Program-made: the position numbers and the translations under genes | Shown here: piece after piece, positions 36,686 through 39,582 of the stretch | Position numbering within the stretch: position 1 is the first letter of the stretch | How the letters are laid out: the number at the start of each line of letters is the position of its first letter | The notes under the pieces: model-generated | The model's database searches: none | What the model was told of the DNA's origin: nothing | What the model saw: only the letters and a program-made list of their open reading frames with translations | Source: Gammaproteobacteria bacterium | Lineage (GTDB): Bacteria; Pseudomonadota; Gammaproteobacteria; UBA1113 | Assembly (NCBI GenBank): GCA_009885895.1 | Contig: VFJV01000052.1 | Location: 1 to 39,582 of the forward strand | Reading direction: 5' to 3' | Length of the DNA stretch: 39,582 nt

Positions 36686-39367
36686 ATGCCAAGTCAAAAA
36701 TTACAGCAGTTATGGGATCATAAAGAACAAGATAACGTTTTGTTTATTTTACAAAATTTGCCTGATAATAAGGTACTACCGGTCATTATTCTATCGTCAA
36801 CTACCTGCCAGCTTAACCCTGACGGTGTAGGTTTTATAGGGCAATATCTTCCACTTCATCAATTATCGAAGGAGGAGAACCCTCTCTTAAAGCCTTTTAA
36901 TTTTGACCCTACGAAATATACTTCTGAACAGACGTTTCCTGCGGGACTAAAAGGAATATTCTTCTTACAGAACGAGGGAGAAAAAAAAATAGAATTCGAA
37001 TATGAAATTGATGCAAGTAACGTTTTTCAGGTTATAGATCCTGAGAAAAATGAGCGTTTTCCATTGTATGAAAATGGAAAAATCTGCGAACGTTTTAAGC
37101 AAATGAGAACTGCAGCCCGGAATAGCGCCCAAAAAGAAATTGAAAGCGCTCAAGAAAAAATTGAAGCACCAAAACGTGAAAAACTTGAAAAACTAAAAAC
37201 TGAAGCGTACAGGGCAGCGGGTAATGAGAGTAACTATGAAAAATTTGTAAGCAATGAATTTACTTATATCCATGCACCGAGAAATGAAGAATTGCCATTA
37301 TATGAAAGTAATGGACAGATTTCTGCAAAGTTTAAAGAATTGTCTTTTGAGCAAAGAATAGGGATATTATCTGCGAAAATAAAATCTGCCGAGAACATTA
37401 TAGATATAATCGAAGGTGACAAGAAGACTAGACTAGAAGCACAAGGGCGTGTATATGAATCAAAATTAGAAGCAGAAGCAGAAGCAGAACCAGAAGTAGA
37501 GAGACTAAGTAAACTAGTAAAGATATGGGAGGAAAAGAATAGAATAGAGAAGGATCGACTTCATATCACTAGAAGCATTAATTCGCAACCATACAGCACT
37601 AAATCCATTACTACCACAGTAACTCCAAGCGCTACCACAGTAGAAGAACTGCCACCAAAATGGGTAGAGATAAAAAACGTTAAAATTTATGTAGAAAATG
37701 CTAAAAAAGAACTAAAAAGTATAACCGAAAGTTATGCGTATACACAAAAATCTACCGAAACTAAAATTATCGCGGCTGTATCTGAAATCAATAAACAGAT
37801 ACAATTACTAGACGATGCTATAAGGCGCGCTGAAAGTGCAGGCCAATCAACACTCAATATTGCAAAAGCAATAGAGGGTGGGCCACAAAAAATTTATACT
37901 AGTCATGTGGCTGCCATCATATCCTCATTTGCAGAACTGAGGGGATTTATTCATACGCGTTCGGATGGTATACCAACAAGTATAAGCGCAGATGCTTTGG
38001 GTGTAATATCTAAGAAAATTCCGGCTCCAGTTCCGGCTCCGGCTCCAGTTCTGGCTCCAGCTCCAGCTCCAGTTCCGGCTCCGGCTCCAGCTCCAGTTCC
38101 AGTTCCGGCTCCAGAGCCAGGAACAAAAGCGCGTTTAGTGCAAGGCTTGAAAGACAAGATAGAGAAAAATATTGCATCTTTAAACGGCGAAATAGAGGAA
38201 TTAAAGAAACAAGCTCTGGATACCAATCCCAATCCCAATAGCAATGAATATATTAAAAAAGAAATAGATGAATTACTGGATTTTATTGTTCAGAAACAAT
38301 CTGCACTAAACGAATATCATTGCCTCCTGCAGACACAGGTGGAAAAAGATCTTGACACCTTACTTACCGCCAGTAAAGGTAGCAGTAAAGCAGCTGAAAA
38401 TTCTACAAAAAAGCAGGAAGAGGCAATAGAGGTATTTAATAGGGCATGTCAGAGCACAATAGCTGCTATTAAAGAAAAGCATAAAAAGACAATGACGGCT
38501 ATAGATGGAATAAAAAAAGCGCCAGCTGCTTCTGTTAACGCAGATGATGCCATCTGGGAAAAGATTATTGACTCAATAATGAAAAAAAAATACCCTACTT
38601 TAGAAGACTTCGAGCAGGAGCAGGAAAAGTCAAAATTCAATACTGAAATAACAATGCAAGAAGGTATTAGCTTTAAAAAGACTGCTCAGGGCATTAAAGG
38701 CGAAGTCGCTAATGGCGGTGATGTTATAGCAGGCGTTACCCTCATTGTGCAGCAATTTAAAGAAGTAGGAATGACGGTGCTGCAAATTCATTTAAGCCCA
38801 ACGGCTGATCCTGCTGCCGATCTGCAGACCAAAATAAAAGTCATTGCAATGTCATTGGACAAGGGCGTTGTGCCTATTTTAACGGGCATCAATGAAAGAG
38901 GACAGCCAGAACCGGGCAAAAATAATCTGTGGGAAACATTGCAATTTTTATTTAAACAACCTCAAGAAAAAGCTATTACTGATGAACAGAGTAAAAAATT
39001 TATTCAACTTACAGCAGCTACTCCAAAGGCTTTTGAATTGTTATTGCAAGATTATAATGTGGATGGAGAAAAGCTGAAGGAATTAGCGAAATCTCAAAAT
39101 TTAGATGAAAGTATAACTTTAGAAAACTTTAAAGTACATTTATCTACACTGCAGAAAACAGTAACGACCGAAACAGACCCCAAAAAACAACAGGCATTCG
39201 AAGCGCTCTATAGTATCTTGAAAGAAAGTGCCCCGAAGGCCCAGCAGAAACAAACTCGGCGCCATACGGACAATTTATTGCAAGGCTTTATGGGTAGTAG
39301 ACAGCCTAATACAACCTCCTCACCAGAAATACATCCCACACGTAGCACACGTAGACCCGGGCAATGA
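36686..39367 (+). CDS. Hypothetical 893-aa coiled-coil protein with a Pro-Ala tract; candidate secreted effector
   Basis: Long ORF with a good RBS, Lys/Glu-rich helical segments, a (PA/PV)n linker and a low-complexity basic C-terminus. No family recognised. Confidence 0.8.
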   Translation: MPSQKLQQLWDHKEQDNVLFILQNLPDNKVLPVIILSSTTCQLNPDGVGFIGQYLPLHQLSKEENPLLKPFNFDPTKYTSEQTFPAGLKGIFFLQNEGEKKIEFEYEIDASNVFQVIDPEKNERFPLYENGKICERFKQMRTAARNSAQKEIESAQEKIEAPKREKLEKLKTEAYRAAGNESNYEKFVSNEFTYIHAPRNEELPLYESNGQISAKFKELSFEQRIGILSAKIKSAENIIDIIEGDKKTRLEAQGRVYESKLEAEAEAEPEVERLSKLVKIWEEKNRIEKDRLHITRSINSQPYSTKSITTTVTPSATTVEELPPKWVEIKNVKIYVENAKKELKSITESYAYTQKSTETKIIAAVSEINKQIQLLDDAIRRAESAGQSTLNIAKAIEGGPQKIYTSHVAAIISSFAELRGFIHTRSDGIPTSISADALGVISKKIPAPVPAPAPVLAPAPAPVPAPAPAPVPVPAPEPGTKARLVQGLKDKIEKNIASLNGEIEELKKQALDTNPNPNSNEYIKKEIDELLDFIVQKQSALNEYHCLLQTQVEKDLDTLLTASKGSSKAAENSTKKQEEAIEVFNRACQSTIAAIKEKHKKTMTAIDGIKKAPAASVNADDAIWEKIIDSIMKKKYPTLEDFEQEQEKSKFNTEITMQEGISFKKTAQGIKGEVANGGDVIAGVTLIVQQFKEVGMTVLQIHLSPTADPAADLQTKIKVIAMSLDKGVVPILTGINERGQPEPGKNNLWETLQFLFKQPQEKAITDEQSKKFIQLTAATPKAFELLLQDYNVDGEKLKELAKSQNLDESITLENFKVHLSTLQKTVTTETDPKKQQAFEALYSILKESAPKAQQKQTRRHTDNLLQGFMGSRQPNTTSSPEIHPTRSTRRPGQ
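38021..38113 (+). repeat. Coding tandem repeat of 6-bp units (CCGGCT/CCAGTT/CCAGCT) encoding PAPVPAPAP...
   Basis: Directly visible run of about 15 in-frame hexamer units. Confidence 0.92.
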
Positions 39368-39380
39368 ACGAGATCTGCAA

Positions 39381-39402
39381 AGGCGGCTTTTGCGAGCCGC
39401 CC
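39381..39402 (+). terminator. Hairpin downstream of the orphan gene; possible terminator
   Basis: AGGCGGCT-tttgcg-AGCCGCCT, an 8-bp GC-rich stem starting 14 nt after the stop. No clear U-tract. Confidence 0.4.
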
Positions 39403-39582
39403 TAGGATCGCACTACAGCTCCCATGAATTGACGCAAACTTAAAATGGATCCCATCTTCCGCAGCAGATTGAATGGAATAATGCATTAGCAAAAATAGGC
39501 TTAATTTCGAATCATTTTCATTGGTTTTAGTCTAAGCTCCGATGATAATAATTGTTAAAATAAACAATCAACACGCCGTAAG

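Noticed and set aside
37951-38244. Gly-Ala repeat ORF on the minus strand
   Set aside because: It is the antisense shadow of the Pro-Ala tandem repeat in the 893-aa gene.
651-39492. Remaining short ORFs in the track that are antisense to or nested in called genes
   Set aside because: They are shadow frames of well-supported genes with no independent motifs.

Overview
A 39.6 kb window of gammaproteobacterial chromosome. Mip, the liu cluster, LqsS-like kinases, palindromic repeats and an effector-like orphan suggest a Legionellales/Coxiellales-like host-associated organism (inference). Housekeeping genes: ffh, a CNNM/CorB transporter, a YadG/YadH-type ABC pair, a leucine-degradation operon (liuA-thiolase-liuB-liuC-liuD-liuE), mip, ampG, pncC, a glycerophosphodiesterase, glpD, ttcA, coaA and pgeF. 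The most striking locus is a defence island (3902-11431): hsdM, a HEPN RNase toxin (RX4HXY), a minimal nucleotidyltransferase (GSX10DXD) fused in frame to HsdS, hsdR, and mrr. The first four genes are chained by ATGA overlaps, and the MNT-HsdS junction sits on a G6 tract where loss of one G would split the fusion. This suggests a toxin-antitoxin guard built into a type I restriction enzyme. Also present: an acyl-synthase/GNAT-like + PAS + histidine kinase + 2 REC gene split by a 7-bp tandem duplication, a divergent sensor-less kinase, two DUF4143-type AAA ATPases with operator-like upstream repeats, three families of short palindromic elements, and an 893-aa orphan with a (Pro-Ala/Val)n tract. 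No rRNA, tRNA or CRISPR array was recognised. All calls come from motif recognition by eye, with no database searches.
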